Made by a program: the position numbers and the translations under genes. DNA of 64,000 nucleotides from a virus (Duplodnaviria; Caudoviricetes), in IMG/VR virus record IMGVR_UViG_3300028797_000093; one strand, written 5' to 3'. The notes beneath the pieces were generated by a model. The model saw only the letters and a list, made by a program, of their open reading frames with translations, did no database searches and had not been told where the DNA came from. How positions within the stretch are numbered: the first letter of the stretch is position 1; every line of letters begins with the position of its first letter. Shown here piece by piece: positions 43,566 to 54,021 of this stretch.

Positions 43566-45308
43566 ATGAAAATAGATAATATTGCTATGACTGTAGACGC
43601 AGATGTTGATTCTTCTAAAGTAGTCGACGCTGCTGTTGATAATGATGTAGATCGTATTATTGAACTAGATCCTGATATGACTTATATCAGATCTTATGTA
43701 GATAATATGGATATCGTAGATGAGTCTTATATTCTTTTAAAAGAGAGTGTAAAGATTCCTGATGATTTTGTTAAGTTTGCTCAGTCTGTAAGTACTCTAC
43801 TTGCAGATAAGTATGATGAAGCTGCTTATAAGCTCAATACTGAGGTTAAGGATAAAGTAAAAACTCAGTATAAGATTATCATTAATAAAGCTGATGAAGA
43901 TGTAAGTAAGATTAAAGATGCTATTGCTAAGAAGTTTAATCTTACTAAGCTTTTTGAAAAAGATGGAGAGATCATCTATGGTAAGCTATCCGATACTAAA
44001 GAGCATCTGTATGCTATCAGTGGCTCTCTACTTAATAAAAAGGATAAGAAGGAAGAAAATGACAAAGTAATGATCACTGTTACTTGTCATAAACTAGATA
44101 AGAGTATTCTCAAGAAACTCTCTGATGAAGGAAAGAAGCTTATAGAGAAAGCTAAGACTCCTTTTGAGAAGTATCTTGAAGGTTCTCTTGGTAAGACTCC
44201 TTTCATTGATTATGCTAATATGAATGAGCAGGAAACTAAGGAGAGAACTCATGATGAAGACTATCTAAAGGTAGTCTATGAGAATTGTGATCTCTCTGAT
44301 CCTGACTTTAAGAAGAAACTTATCTATGTAAATGAAGCTGAACAGAATAAGGTTCTTATAAGTTTAACTGCTAAGCTTTATTCAAATATTGTAGATAAAG
44401 CTAATGAGCTTGATTATGGTGACATCCCTGAGACCAAGGGTGATATCACCAAGCTAAATAATTATAATATGATGGTGGATACAGTTGCTACTCTTATAGA
44501 TATCGTAAAAGAGTTCAAGCAAGATCCTAGATCTATCAATGTAATCTCTGAAGCTATTGCTAATATTGAGACACGTAAGGATGAGTTTACCAAAGCCTTT
44601 AGACTGGGCTATGAGATTCCTAAGCTTATCTATTGTACTACAGTATTGGCTATCAATGATTCTATTGCTTATATGATTGCTACTTGTATTGAGTTCATCA
44701 AGACTCCTAAGACTGACTCTTTTGAGATGGTTCTTGATGTGATGAGATATAAGAAAGCTAAAGATTATCTTATCTTTTCCAATCTTGAAAAGCTCAATAG
44801 AGAATTTAAGAATGGTAATATTGATAGGATTATGAAAGCAGTCTCTAAGGGTGCTGTTGATAAGGCTCTTACTGAAGCTAATAGTATTAATCTTGCTACT
44901 CCTAAAGTAGGAAAGAAATTCTCTATTATTGGTATTGCTGCAATTGCTGTTCTTGGAGCTTTTGCTATCTATGGACTGCTTAATATCATTCATATTATTC
45001 AGAGCATTGTCTTCTGTGTTTATAATACCATGAATAAGTACTCTCAGTATATTGAGATGCAGGCTATGGTTATGGAAGCCAATGCTAATAATCTAGATAT
45101 TAATCATCCTGAATGGGATGATGCTAAAAAGAAAGATGTCTATGAACGTCAGATGAAACTCGTAGAGAAATGGCGTAATAGAGCTGAGAAATGGAGAGTA
45201 ACTGCTAAGAAAGCAGAAGTAGATACTGAAAGAGAACTAAAGAACATCAAGAAGCTTGATTCTGAGAGTTTTGAAGATGCTTCCAAGTATGACTCTAGTC
45301 TCTTTTAA
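43566..45308 (+). CDS. Putative virion/internal head protein (580 aa)
   Basis: Same operon; helical with one hydrophobic segment near the C-terminus. Confidence 0.6.
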   Translation: MKIDNIAMTVDADVDSSKVVDAAVDNDVDRIIELDPDMTYIRSYVDNMDIVDESYILLKESVKIPDDFVKFAQSVSTLLADKYDEAAYKLNTEVKDKVKTQYKIIINKADEDVSKIKDAIAKKFNLTKLFEKDGEIIYGKLSDTKEHLYAISGSLLNKKDKKEENDKVMITVTCHKLDKSILKKLSDEGKKLIEKAKTPFEKYLEGSLGKTPFIDYANMNEQETKERTHDEDYLKVVYENCDLSDPDFKKKLIYVNEAEQNKVLISLTAKLYSNIVDKANELDYGDIPETKGDITKLNNYNMMVDTVATLIDIVKEFKQDPRSINVISEAIANIETRKDEFTKAFRLGYEIPKLIYCTTVLAINDSIAYMIATCIEFIKTPKTDSFEMVLDVMRYKKAKDYLIFSNLEKLNREFKNGNIDRIMKAVSKGAVDKALTEANSINLATPKVGKKFSIIGIAAIAVLGAFAIYGLLNIIHIIQSIVFCVYNTMNKYSQYIEMQAMVMEANANNLDINHPEWDDAKKKDVYERQMKLVEKWRNRAEKWRVTAKKAEVDTERELKNIKKLDSESFEDASKYDSSLF

Positions 45309-45422
45309 TTAAATATATATTGAAGATGGTATAGTATTTGCTATACCATCTTCTTTAAATATAATAATTCAAACTTATTAATAAAAGTAAACTATCTCTT
45401 TTATATAGAAGGAGTTTGTAAT

Positions 45423-47648
45423 ATGGATATAAATAAATTCTATGAAAAATATATAGACTCACTTAAAGAAGTTGCTCTTACAGAAGCTGATAAGGGTTTA
45501 ATGAAAGAACTTAAGAAGATTAATGGAGATCCCAATAAGCTATATGATGTTATTGCTACAAATGTAATAGATACTGCTCTTAAACTTATTGATGATCTTA
45601 CTAAAGTTCTCAATAATAAAGAGGAAGAGATGAAGCTTAAAGTAAAAATAGCTTCAGGAATTGACTTTGAAGTAGATAGAAAAAAGAAAGTAATAGACTC
45701 TCTTATAGGAGATATCAATAAAGAATATAAAGACTCTATGGATCTACGATATATACAGAGTCTTATTAATTATAATAGGGTTACAATCTGTGAACCCGTA
45801 CAGGTCATTGCTTCAATCTATCCAACATCTCTAGCAGAGAATCCTTTCTTTATTGATATGAAGTCTAATCTAGATCAAGCTACTAAGTATATTGCTGCTA
45901 AAAAGTATAGTACTAATGGTCTAGATAAACTAGTAGATGATCTTGTTAATATTAAGTCTAAATATGAAGCTTATGTGAGTAAAACATATGGATCTTCTGT
46001 AGAGGATATTCAGAATGGTAAGCTTTTTATAGACTTTAATAAAACTAAGAAAACTTATACAGGAAGTAATGAGATTAAATCTATTTCTACTAAACCAGAA
46101 TTGAAATATATGTATGCTATTCTTGATCAAGAGAATAGTAGTTATGAAGCATCTAAAGCAACCGTTATTCAGTACACTAAACTATCTGATGTTTTAGAGA
46201 ACCTTCAGGTTACCAAAAAAGACCAAAAGAGTCTAGAGAAACTAAGTGCTTATATTACTTCTCTTAAAGATCTTTATAAGACAATAGTATTTACTAGATC
46301 TTCTATTCTAGATATTATTAAGAAAGCTCTATTAAAGAGTATGAAACTAAAGCTCAGCGCAGTCAATGATTATACTAGCTTTTTAAGTTATATTAGAGAT
46401 AATAAAAATGATAATAGAAAACTCTCTGTCTCTAATAAAGATTACTCTATTGGATTCTCTTCTGGGATTATAAAAGAAGCTTCTATTATAGATCAAGAAG
46501 ACTTCATTAAACTACATGGGGTTCCTATTGATCTAGATAGTATTTATGATATCTATTACGATATGTATGATAAAGATGAAGATAGAGAAGAAGTATTTGC
46601 TAAAATTAGAAATTATGCTAAAAAGAAAGCAGAAGAAGTAGAAGCTGATAAGGCTGTAGTTGATGTCATTAAAGATAAGATTATTGAAGGAACTTTCTTT
46701 GATAAAGACTATGATACTCTTCTACAAGAAGCTATTATAGATAAAGCTGCTGATGATAAAGCTAAAGAAACTCTTAAAGAGTTTAATGATAAGATGAAAG
46801 ATCTCTCTAAGAAACTATCTGAGTCTATGTCTGTTCTGTTTGGTAAGGCTAAGAGTGTTACTAATAGGAATATGATTACAAGATTCTTCGTTAAGAAGAA
46901 TATAGATAATAATAAGATGATAAAAGATGGTCCTAATACCATTACATGGATTGATAGGATGACAGCTCCTGCTCCTTTTAATCTAAATAATGGTGAGAGT
47001 ATTATTAAAACTATTAATGATGGTAATGCTATTATAGTAGAAAGACTAGCCAATAATCTAAATAACTTTGATATCAATAGATTGGACAATAAAGAGAGTT
47101 ATAATGATCTCTTTAAGACTTGGTTTATGACTTGTAGTGTTGATAAACTAAAAGCTATGAATCAATATAGAGAAAATGTTAGATATGCAGATATGACTAA
47201 TGAGACTAAAGTAGCTATGTATAACTATCTCATTAGTACATCTACATCTATCTATAGATCTATCCAAAGAGATATGAACTACGCTATGAATATAGCAAAT
47301 ATAAACATGTTTAGAAAAGTAGTAGATAAGATTGATCAAGATAGAGCAAATGATCATTCCATAACTGCTGATATGGCCAATAATCCTGAGGGAGAAAAAG
47401 CTTATAAACAGCAAGCTTATAATATCAATACATACGCTACTAAGTATAGTAATCTTATCTATAGCTACTTTAAGATCAAGATTAGTGCTTACTATAAACT
47501 ATCTAAGTCTATTCTTGATATGATAAATACTTACGTAAAGTATAGTTCTCCAAGCTTTGATATTATGTCACAAGCTGATATTTCTGATAGGGTTATGGGA
47601 GAAGAGAATAATACAACTACAACTGAGATTAATACTGAAGTAACATAA
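45423..47648 (+). CDS. Hypothetical helical protein (741 aa), probably virion-associated
   Basis: AAGGAG RBS; AACT-N6-TA at about 45372. Confidence 0.6.
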   Translation: MDINKFYEKYIDSLKEVALTEADKGLMKELKKINGDPNKLYDVIATNVIDTALKLIDDLTKVLNNKEEEMKLKVKIASGIDFEVDRKKKVIDSLIGDINKEYKDSMDLRYIQSLINYNRVTICEPVQVIASIYPTSLAENPFFIDMKSNLDQATKYIAAKKYSTNGLDKLVDDLVNIKSKYEAYVSKTYGSSVEDIQNGKLFIDFNKTKKTYTGSNEIKSISTKPELKYMYAILDQENSSYEASKATVIQYTKLSDVLENLQVTKKDQKSLEKLSAYITSLKDLYKTIVFTRSSILDIIKKALLKSMKLKLSAVNDYTSFLSYIRDNKNDNRKLSVSNKDYSIGFSSGIIKEASIIDQEDFIKLHGVPIDLDSIYDIYYDMYDKDEDREEVFAKIRNYAKKKAEEVEADKAVVDVIKDKIIEGTFFDKDYDTLLQEAIIDKAADDKAKETLKEFNDKMKDLSKKLSESMSVLFGKAKSVTNRNMITRFFVKKNIDNNKMIKDGPNTITWIDRMTAPAPFNLNNGESIIKTINDGNAIIVERLANNLNNFDINRLDNKESYNDLFKTWFMTCSVDKLKAMNQYRENVRYADMTNETKVAMYNYLISTSTSIYRSIQRDMNYAMNIANINMFRKVVDKIDQDRANDHSITADMANNPEGEKAYKQQAYNINTYATKYSNLIYSYFKIKISAYYKLSKSILDMINTYVKYSSPSFDIMSQADISDRVMGEENNTTTTEINTEVT

Positions 47649-47724
47649 TAGTGGTATAGTTATCCGATAAGTCATGACAAATCGAAAATATAGTACTACC
47701 TCATTTGGGGTAGTACTATATTTT

Positions 47725-48936
47725 TTATTTATTAAGTTTAAAGAAAGTCATAGTGACATCTGCTACGAAGTCTTTACCTTCTCTTATAAATATTTCAGTT
47801 TTAGTACCAAGAAGATACTGTCCATTCATCTCAACACCATATACATCACTTGCATCTATAAAGTATTTTCTATTTATAGTAAATATAGAACTATCTATAT
47901 CTGTTTTAGATATAGTTATTGGATTCTTGGACATATCTATAGTACTTTTAATATTCTTTAATAGAGTAGTATTACCATTATTGATCTTAATGTTTCTATA
48001 TTTCTCTATAGTCATATTCTCATCTGTAGTATCTAGTTTCTCACTACCAGCCTCACCATCAGCATCTATACCTCTGATATTGGTATAAGTTCTATCTGTA
48101 ATATTGTTGAACAAAGGACTGGCATATTGTTCTGATATATTCAGAGTATAGTTAAAGTTCTCTGCATCTATTACCATACCTTCATAAACACTACTGTTTA
48201 CTTGATATGGTGTTATATTAATATATATAGTGTCAAACTTATCATTCTTTCTTTGTACATTATTACCATCACTACTCATAAAGTAAGTTACATCAAAATC
48301 ATTAAAGTATCTAAACTTAGTATCATAGAAACATGACATATCATTCAGATAATTTAGTAGTTTCTTCTTACTATTAAGTGAAGGTACCAGCATATTCTTT
48401 ATTTGAGTATTATACTGAAGAGGCTCAATAAGAATATCTCTACCACTATTAATAATAGTATATACTATACTCATCATATCTCCAGTAATAGTTCCATTGA
48501 AATCCTTTTTTGTATTATTAACCAATTCTTTATCCATAAGACCAATTACTATAGAAGATAGATTGGTTCCTTCTTCATCTAATTCTTCACTTACATTGGA
48601 TTTGGTATAATCATCCATTAAGAAATATATACACTCTCTCTTAATATAGTCTTGCATAACAAGAGGAGCTTTATCTTCTTCATATACATATTTCTGTACA
48701 GTGAGAACTATAGTAGCTATATTTTGCTTCTCAGATAGTTTATAGATTATACTATCTTTGAGGGTAATATTCATATATATCATAGGCATTGTATATTCAT
48801 CATAAGAATAATCTATGATAAATTCACCTATACTTTCAGCTGCTATATCTTCAACATCTTCTTTATCAAATATAATCTGAGCAGTAGCAGAATATTTATA
48901 TTTATAGACAACCTCATTAGAAGTTTCGTCTGCCAA
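47725..48936 (-). CDS. Putative baseplate hub/tail protein (403 aa)
   Basis: GGAGTG RBS with TTG start; late promoter 48981-48970; C-terminal NGQYLL..K...F resembles hub proteins. Confidence 0.5.
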   Translation of the reverse strand: MADETSNEVVYKYKYSATAQIIFDKEDVEDIAAESIGEFIIDYSYDEYTMPMIYMNITLKDSIIYKLSEKQNIATIVLTVQKYVYEEDKAPLVMQDYIKRECIYFLMDDYTKSNVSEELDEEGTNLSSIVIGLMDKELVNNTKKDFNGTITGDMMSIVYTIINSGRDILIEPLQYNTQIKNMLVPSLNSKKKLLNYLNDMSCFYDTKFRYFNDFDVTYFMSSDGNNVQRKNDKFDTIYINITPYQVNSSVYEGMVIDAENFNYTLNISEQYASPLFNNITDRTYTNIRGIDADGEAGSEKLDTTDENMTIEKYRNIKINNGNTTLLKNIKSTIDMSKNPITISKTDIDSSIFTINRKYFIDASDVYGVEMNGQYLLGTKTEIFIREGKDFVADVTMTFFKLNK

Positions 48937-49032
48937 GTATTATCACTCCCTACAATAGACTATTTCTATTACAATTATGTTGACCTAATATAAAAAATAA
49001 AGATATACCCCATAGAGAGGTATATCTTTATT

Positions 49033-50181
49033 CTAATAATATAATTTATTTATATCTATAGGATTCATAGAGAAAAACTGTTCATTGATCTCTCTTATAC
49101 TCATAGGACTTATAAGATCTATAATAGAAGACTTAGCATTCATAGCATTTGGAGTTATCTTATATAGACCATGATTCTTTACTAAATCTATAGCATTAAA
49201 TCTGTTAATTATATTAGTTTTATTTTCTGCTATCTTTGGTGATAGTTCACTCAATGCTTCTATACAATACTCAGGATCAGAATTATACTCATTTAGAATA
49301 CTGTTATTAGTAATTGCTGTAGTAAGAATCTCTACAGTCTTATTATATGTATGAATACTCTTTATGTTTCTACTCTTTAGACCTGCTATAGAGAAGAATA
49401 CAGATAGAAGCCCTGTATTGATTATACCATAATTATCTGGTACATTGCTTACATTTGCTCCTAACTCTTTCTTTATAGCTTTCAATAGATTAGTCTTAGA
49501 TACACACCAAGACTTATCTTCTCCATCAACTTTTCTAGGTCTCAATATAAATGTATAGCTATCTATTGCTACAAGTTGATAATCATATAGATCTTTAGTA
49601 ATAATTATATTTGGATAAAGACTAAAGTTATCTGATCTTTGATGTAGAGCATTATGTTTAAATCTAGCTTGATCTGCTATTATCTCTTTAATAATAACAG
49701 CAGTCTCTTGATTTTCATCTTGTATAAAATAAATTCCATCCAAATATTTACATAATAGATCTAAGAGTTCACGATTGTGATTAATTAGAGCTACCAATTC
49801 ACCATTATTGATATATGTAAGATAATTCCTGTGATTATACTCAGGAATTATCTCTCTTGGAGCTGATGGAAAGTTATTAGAATATACTATAAACACTCTA
49901 GCTTCTATATTAAATCTATCTTTAAAGAACTCCTTATAATGGATAGCCATATTAATCAGAGCTGATGTGATTCCATTATAATCAAATATCTTATAGTTCC
50001 TGATAAAGATCTGACTCATTACAGAATTCATATCAATGTATATGTCTACCCATCTACATTTATCAAGATAGTATATTAAATGTTTTATTAAACCAAATAA
50101 TCTATCATAGTTTATAAAACAAGACCATATAGACCATTCAGTAGATCTATATGGTTGTAATGGATTAGTGAATCTACTCAT
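49033..50181 (-). CDS. Putative 5'-3' exonuclease/RNase H (PIN/FEN-like)
   Basis: IYIDMNS, ETAVII and IIITKDLYDYQLV resemble the acidic motifs of FEN-family nucleases. Confidence 0.55.
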   Translation of the reverse strand: MSRFTNPLQPYRSTEWSIWSCFINYDRLFGLIKHLIYYLDKCRWVDIYIDMNSVMSQIFIRNYKIFDYNGITSALINMAIHYKEFFKDRFNIEARVFIVYSNNFPSAPREIIPEYNHRNYLTYINNGELVALINHNRELLDLLCKYLDGIYFIQDENQETAVIIKEIIADQARFKHNALHQRSDNFSLYPNIIITKDLYDYQLVAIDSYTFILRPRKVDGEDKSWCVSKTNLLKAIKKELGANVSNVPDNYGIINTGLLSVFFSIAGLKSRNIKSIHTYNKTVEILTTAITNNSILNEYNSDPEYCIEALSELSPKIAENKTNIINRFNAIDLVKNHGLYKITPNAMNAKSSIIDLISPMSIREINEQFFSMNPIDINKLYY

Positions 50182-50647
50182 CTATTGAAGTACTAATATT
50201 ATCCATAAGATTCTTAGCACTAAACTTAGTAGACTTTTCTCTCTTAGCAATAATCTCTTTTACTTCATCCAGTTTAGTTCTAGCATGACTGGAGTTAGCC
50301 GTAGTCTTCATTTTTTCTTCAAGAGATGGAATTTCTTCAGGCTGTTTGTTTTTTCTTTCTTCCATAATAGCTTCTATAGTCTCATCATCGCCATATCCCA
50401 ACTTTAATAGAAGATGAGTGAGCTGATGGGGGCCTTCTTCTGTATAAAAAGTGATACCTTTGGATGGTGTCTCATTATCTTCTCCATCCATATACCATCT
50501 ACGAATTTCAAGTTTAGGCTGCTGTCTATTCCAAGACACTTTTCTTATAGCAAGATAAGAATTATCTCTATTATCAAATACATTTTCTAGTGGATCTTCA
50601 TCCATAATATCAAAGGTTATTTTTTTCTCTTTGTATAGAATTCCCAT
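50174..50647 (-). CDS. PC4/YdbC-like ssDNA-binding protein
   Basis: KVSWN...KLEIRRWY....PSKGITF signature; start set at MGIL behind GGAGG. Confidence 0.75.
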   Translation of the reverse strand: MGILYKEKKITFDIMDEDPLENVFDNRDNSYLAIRKVSWNRQQPKLEIRRWYMDGEDNETPSKGITFYTEEGPHQLTHLLLKLGYGDDETIEAIMEERKNKQPEEIPSLEEKMKTTANSSHARTKLDEVKEIIAKREKSTKFSAKNLMDNISTSIDE

Positions 50648-50757
50648 TATATAACCTCCATATATCAATCAATTACTATTGAGTTAAAGCTTATATAAAA
50701 ATAAAAAGTTGGAGGAGATTTCTCTCCTCCAACTCTTATTATCTGTTCTTTCTCTTC

Positions 50758-51573
50758 TTACCGAGCAGGAATGTAGCTGCTGCTCATGATGGAACCATTG
50801 TACATCCCATCGACAAAGTTACGGAACGTGTTGCGATCGAGCTGATCAATCTTGACGATCAGATCCTGGCCAGCCCTGCCGAAGGTGGGAGGCACATAGA
50901 ACATCGTCTGATACTCAACAGGATCACCGTTGTCGTCAACAAACACACCATCAACCAGCTTGGCATAGATGTGATTGATGACCTTGTTGATGTCGATGCC
51001 GCTGACACCGACATGAATGCTGGGCTTGCTCATGCTGAAGTAGCCATTGTTCTGCTGGAACTCGAAGACATGACGACCCCAGAATTCCTTGGGCAGCTTC
51101 GGCTGATAAGGATTGGAGAAGACGAAATCTTCGAGCAGCTCCTTGGCTTCAGCAGTCAGAGCATACTGATGAGGATTGCTCCTGGTCTCAGTGAAGCTGT
51201 CGAAAGCCGCAGACAGATTGTTGCTGGTAGCCTTCGGAGCATTCCCATGAAGACGATTCAGAGCATTGTACTGACCGGAGTCAGGATCCGCAGTGACTCC
51301 GAGGTCCTGGAAGAACAGATTCAGATAGTAGGCATTCTGCGGGACATCACTGACCAGACCATTGACACTGGCAAACTGAACAATGCCGGCGTTGCTTGCC
51401 TGAGTGTTGATGTTGATCCCACAGCCGACATAGTCGACGAACACACTCTTGAAGAGATTGTTCGCCAGCTTGCAAAGATCCTGTGGACTCATGAACTTGG
51501 ACTTGGTCACAGCATCAAAGGGCATGGGCTGCTCAAGACTGATCCTGAGCTTTTCGGTTTTGGTTTCTGCCAT
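50758..51573 (-). CDS. Hypothetical protein (271 aa), strongly GC-biased codons
   Basis: GGAGG RBS, own terminator at 50705-50735; visibly more GC-rich than its flanks. Confidence 0.8.
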   Translation of the reverse strand: MAETKTEKLRISLEQPMPFDAVTKSKFMSPQDLCKLANNLFKSVFVDYVGCGININTQASNAGIVQFASVNGLVSDVPQNAYYLNLFFQDLGVTADPDSGQYNALNRLHGNAPKATSNNLSAAFDSFTETRSNPHQYALTAEAKELLEDFVFSNPYQPKLPKEFWGRHVFEFQQNNGYFSMSKPSIHVGVSGIDINKVINHIYAKLVDGVFVDDNGDPVEYQTMFYVPPTFGRAGQDLIVKIDQLDRNTFRNFVDGMYNGSIMSSSYIPAR

Positions 51574-51666
51574 GGTTTTCTTACCTCCGGAAGTTAGAAT
51601 ATTTTTGGATCCAATTCTATATTATATAATTGACAAATCATTTATTAGTTATTTATTCGGTATTTT

Positions 51667-52611
51667 TTAATCTAGTTGTAGATCATATCCTATGACAAAA
51701 ATATCATCATTATCCTTAGATTGAGCTAGTATATAGTTTCTATTAAACTCATCCAGATCAATCTCTTTACTATAAGGAATAATATAAGTCATAGTAATTT
51801 TATTGTTAGTTAATTGTTTCTTTAATATATCCAATTGTTCCTTATATAAGAACATTTGATAACCTGTAGAAGAACTTAGATCTTTATCTATATTGAAATC
51901 CAAGATAAGAGTATCAAAAGCTGTTCTAAAGTCATTAATAAATCTATTCTCTTTCAATAGATCATATACAGTATCAGCGAATCCTCTTGTAGTAGGAAGA
52001 TTGATCTTAGACCACTCTTTAGTCCTAACAAGAACATTATCAAATTTCTTTATATTAATTCCAGGAAAGATATACTTAGCAATACTATCTAAACTATCAT
52101 CTAGATATACTGCTGTGATAACCATCCATCTTAATCTTTCATATACTAAAGTAGCACCAAAGTCAGAACCTGCAGGAATAGTATCCTTGGATACAGAACA
52201 TCCTACAGTTGTGAGATTAGTATTCTTCAGTATAGTTTGTTCAATAAAGATATCTTGCATACACTGTCTACATACAGCATAAGGTAACTGATCTACAGTC
52301 TCATTACGCTTATGAAGACATACCATGACATCTTTAACTTTATTTGTTTTATTCATATCTACAATAGAGAATGTAAGGAACCCATCAGGGTTTAATACTA
52401 CAAATTTCTTTGGATCATAAATTTCTTCTTCTGTGAAAGTTTCGATTTTATCTGTGTTTAAATTGTATACTCTATAGGTCTTTTGAGATTCTTTATAATG
52501 AAGAATTCTATAAACTATAATCTCATCAGCTTCTTCATCATATCTATATAATTTAAGACCTACAATTCTTTTAGTTGATCCTTTATGATAAGTTTGAATG
52601 TCTGGAGGCAT
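51667..52611 (-). CDS. Hypothetical protein (314 aa)
   Basis: AAGGAGG RBS; no motif recognised. Confidence 0.75.
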   Translation of the reverse strand: MPPDIQTYHKGSTKRIVGLKLYRYDEEADEIIVYRILHYKESQKTYRVYNLNTDKIETFTEEEIYDPKKFVVLNPDGFLTFSIVDMNKTNKVKDVMVCLHKRNETVDQLPYAVCRQCMQDIFIEQTILKNTNLTTVGCSVSKDTIPAGSDFGATLVYERLRWMVITAVYLDDSLDSIAKYIFPGINIKKFDNVLVRTKEWSKINLPTTRGFADTVYDLLKENRFINDFRTAFDTLILDFNIDKDLSSSTGYQMFLYKEQLDILKKQLTNNKITMTYIIPYSKEIDLDEFNRNYILAQSKDNDDIFVIGYDLQLD

Positions 52612-52631
52612 CGGCTATTATTTCAACCTCC

Positions 52632-52865
52632 TTATTTATCTGGATTAACCCACTCTGGGCAATTAATAGATATAGTATTATTACTGATAATGAACTTAAA
52701 AGTTTTTGGACACATCCATCCCTGGTATGTCCTCTCTTTAAACAATTTACAACTATAACAAGTTCTTAGAAATGGATTGAAAATACATTTAGATTCATGT
52801 TCTCTTACTGCATTAATAGATCCTGTGAATTCACAGTATTCACATGTATAAGCTTGTCTAGGCAT
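52632..52865 (-). CDS. Small Cys/His-rich zinc-binding protein
   Basis: CEYC...HE..C and CYSC...C...C patterns. Confidence 0.65.
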   Translation of the reverse strand: MPRQAYTCEYCEFTGSINAVREHESKCIFNPFLRTCYSCKLFKERTYQGWMCPKTFKFIISNNTISINCPEWVNPDK

Positions 52866-52916
52866 GATAAAATCCTTTCTTGATAATAATATTTCTGCCT
52901 ATCACTTATATAATAT

Positions 52917-53900
52917 TTATTTCAAATAAAATTTAGAAGTCTGAGCTTCTGTCTGATGCTGATAACGTCCATTATACTGAATGGAAGTATCTCCAGCAGG
53001 TACAAAGAAAGAGATTTGACAAATAGGAATATTGGGATAGATAATAATGGGCTGAGCTACAGTAATCTCTAGAGTCCACTTACCATCAAAACCAATATCT
53101 CCAAAACCAGCAGTCTGATGAATAGAAATACCAAGGCGGCCAACAGATGAACGTCCATCAATATTGGGCTGGAATTTATTCGTGAAAGTTCTTTCTTTAG
53201 TAGTAGCAATATAAACCTTACCAGGCATTAGGGGATATCCATCTTCAGGAATAATGAACTCTTCAAATGGATTTTCTTTTAGCATATCTAGATACATAGT
53301 ATGATCATTTTTATTTTTGCTCTGATAAATTGGTCTATATGTCTTAAAGATATTATCAAGAAGCAAATCATATGAATTTGGGCCAATTCTATTCATATCA
53401 AAATCTTCAATCTCAATATTACCCATAATTATTTGACGAACAATCTCACTACCTGTAAGTTTACCACCCACAAGCTGAATACTTTCGTCGTATTTATATT
53501 CAGGAAGTTCTATACCTGCTTCCTTAGCCATCTCTCTATACTTCTTTTCTGCTTCAGCATACTTATTAGTACTAGATTTAGTAGACTTCTTAGGAGCAGG
53601 CTTTTCTTCCTTAACCTCAACAGGAGCCTCTTCATTCTTCTCTTCTGCAGATTTAGAGATAAAACCTCCTAGAGGAATACCTGTGTCTTTTACAGCTATT
53701 TCTTCTAGAGTATTCATTAGATTATCATTATTTGTTTCTTCTGCAACAACAGTAGTTTCAACCTTTACATCTTCAACAGGAGCAGCTTCTGCTACAACAG
53801 CAGGTTCTACTGCTTCTTCAACCTTTGTTTCCTCTACAGCTTCTTTAACTGCTGTAGTTGTCTTCTTTCTAGTGCTAGATGATGTTTTCTTAGTCGCCAT
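52917..53900 (-). CDS. dcd: dCTP deaminase with long low-complexity N-terminal extension
   Basis: GPNSYDL, GRSSVGRLGI..HQTAGFGDIGFDGKWTLEI, ICQI.F and YNGRYQ.Q motifs. Confidence 0.9.
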   Translation of the reverse strand: MATKKTSSSTRKKTTTAVKEAVEETKVEEAVEPAVVAEAAPVEDVKVETTVVAEETNNDNLMNTLEEIAVKDTGIPLGGFISKSAEEKNEEAPVEVKEEKPAPKKSTKSSTNKYAEAEKKYREMAKEAGIELPEYKYDESIQLVGGKLTGSEIVRQIIMGNIEIEDFDMNRIGPNSYDLLLDNIFKTYRPIYQSKNKNDHTMYLDMLKENPFEEFIIPEDGYPLMPGKVYIATTKERTFTNKFQPNIDGRSSVGRLGISIHQTAGFGDIGFDGKWTLEITVAQPIIIYPNIPICQISFFVPAGDTSIQYNGRYQHQTEAQTSKFYLK

Positions 53901-54021
53901 TCTTATTATCTCCTTTATGTAAAGAATTAATTAATAGACACTTTTATTGTAAAAGTTAAGTCTGTAATATTATATAAATTAAATGGGATAGACAAATAAT
54001 TATCTATCCCATATTATATTA

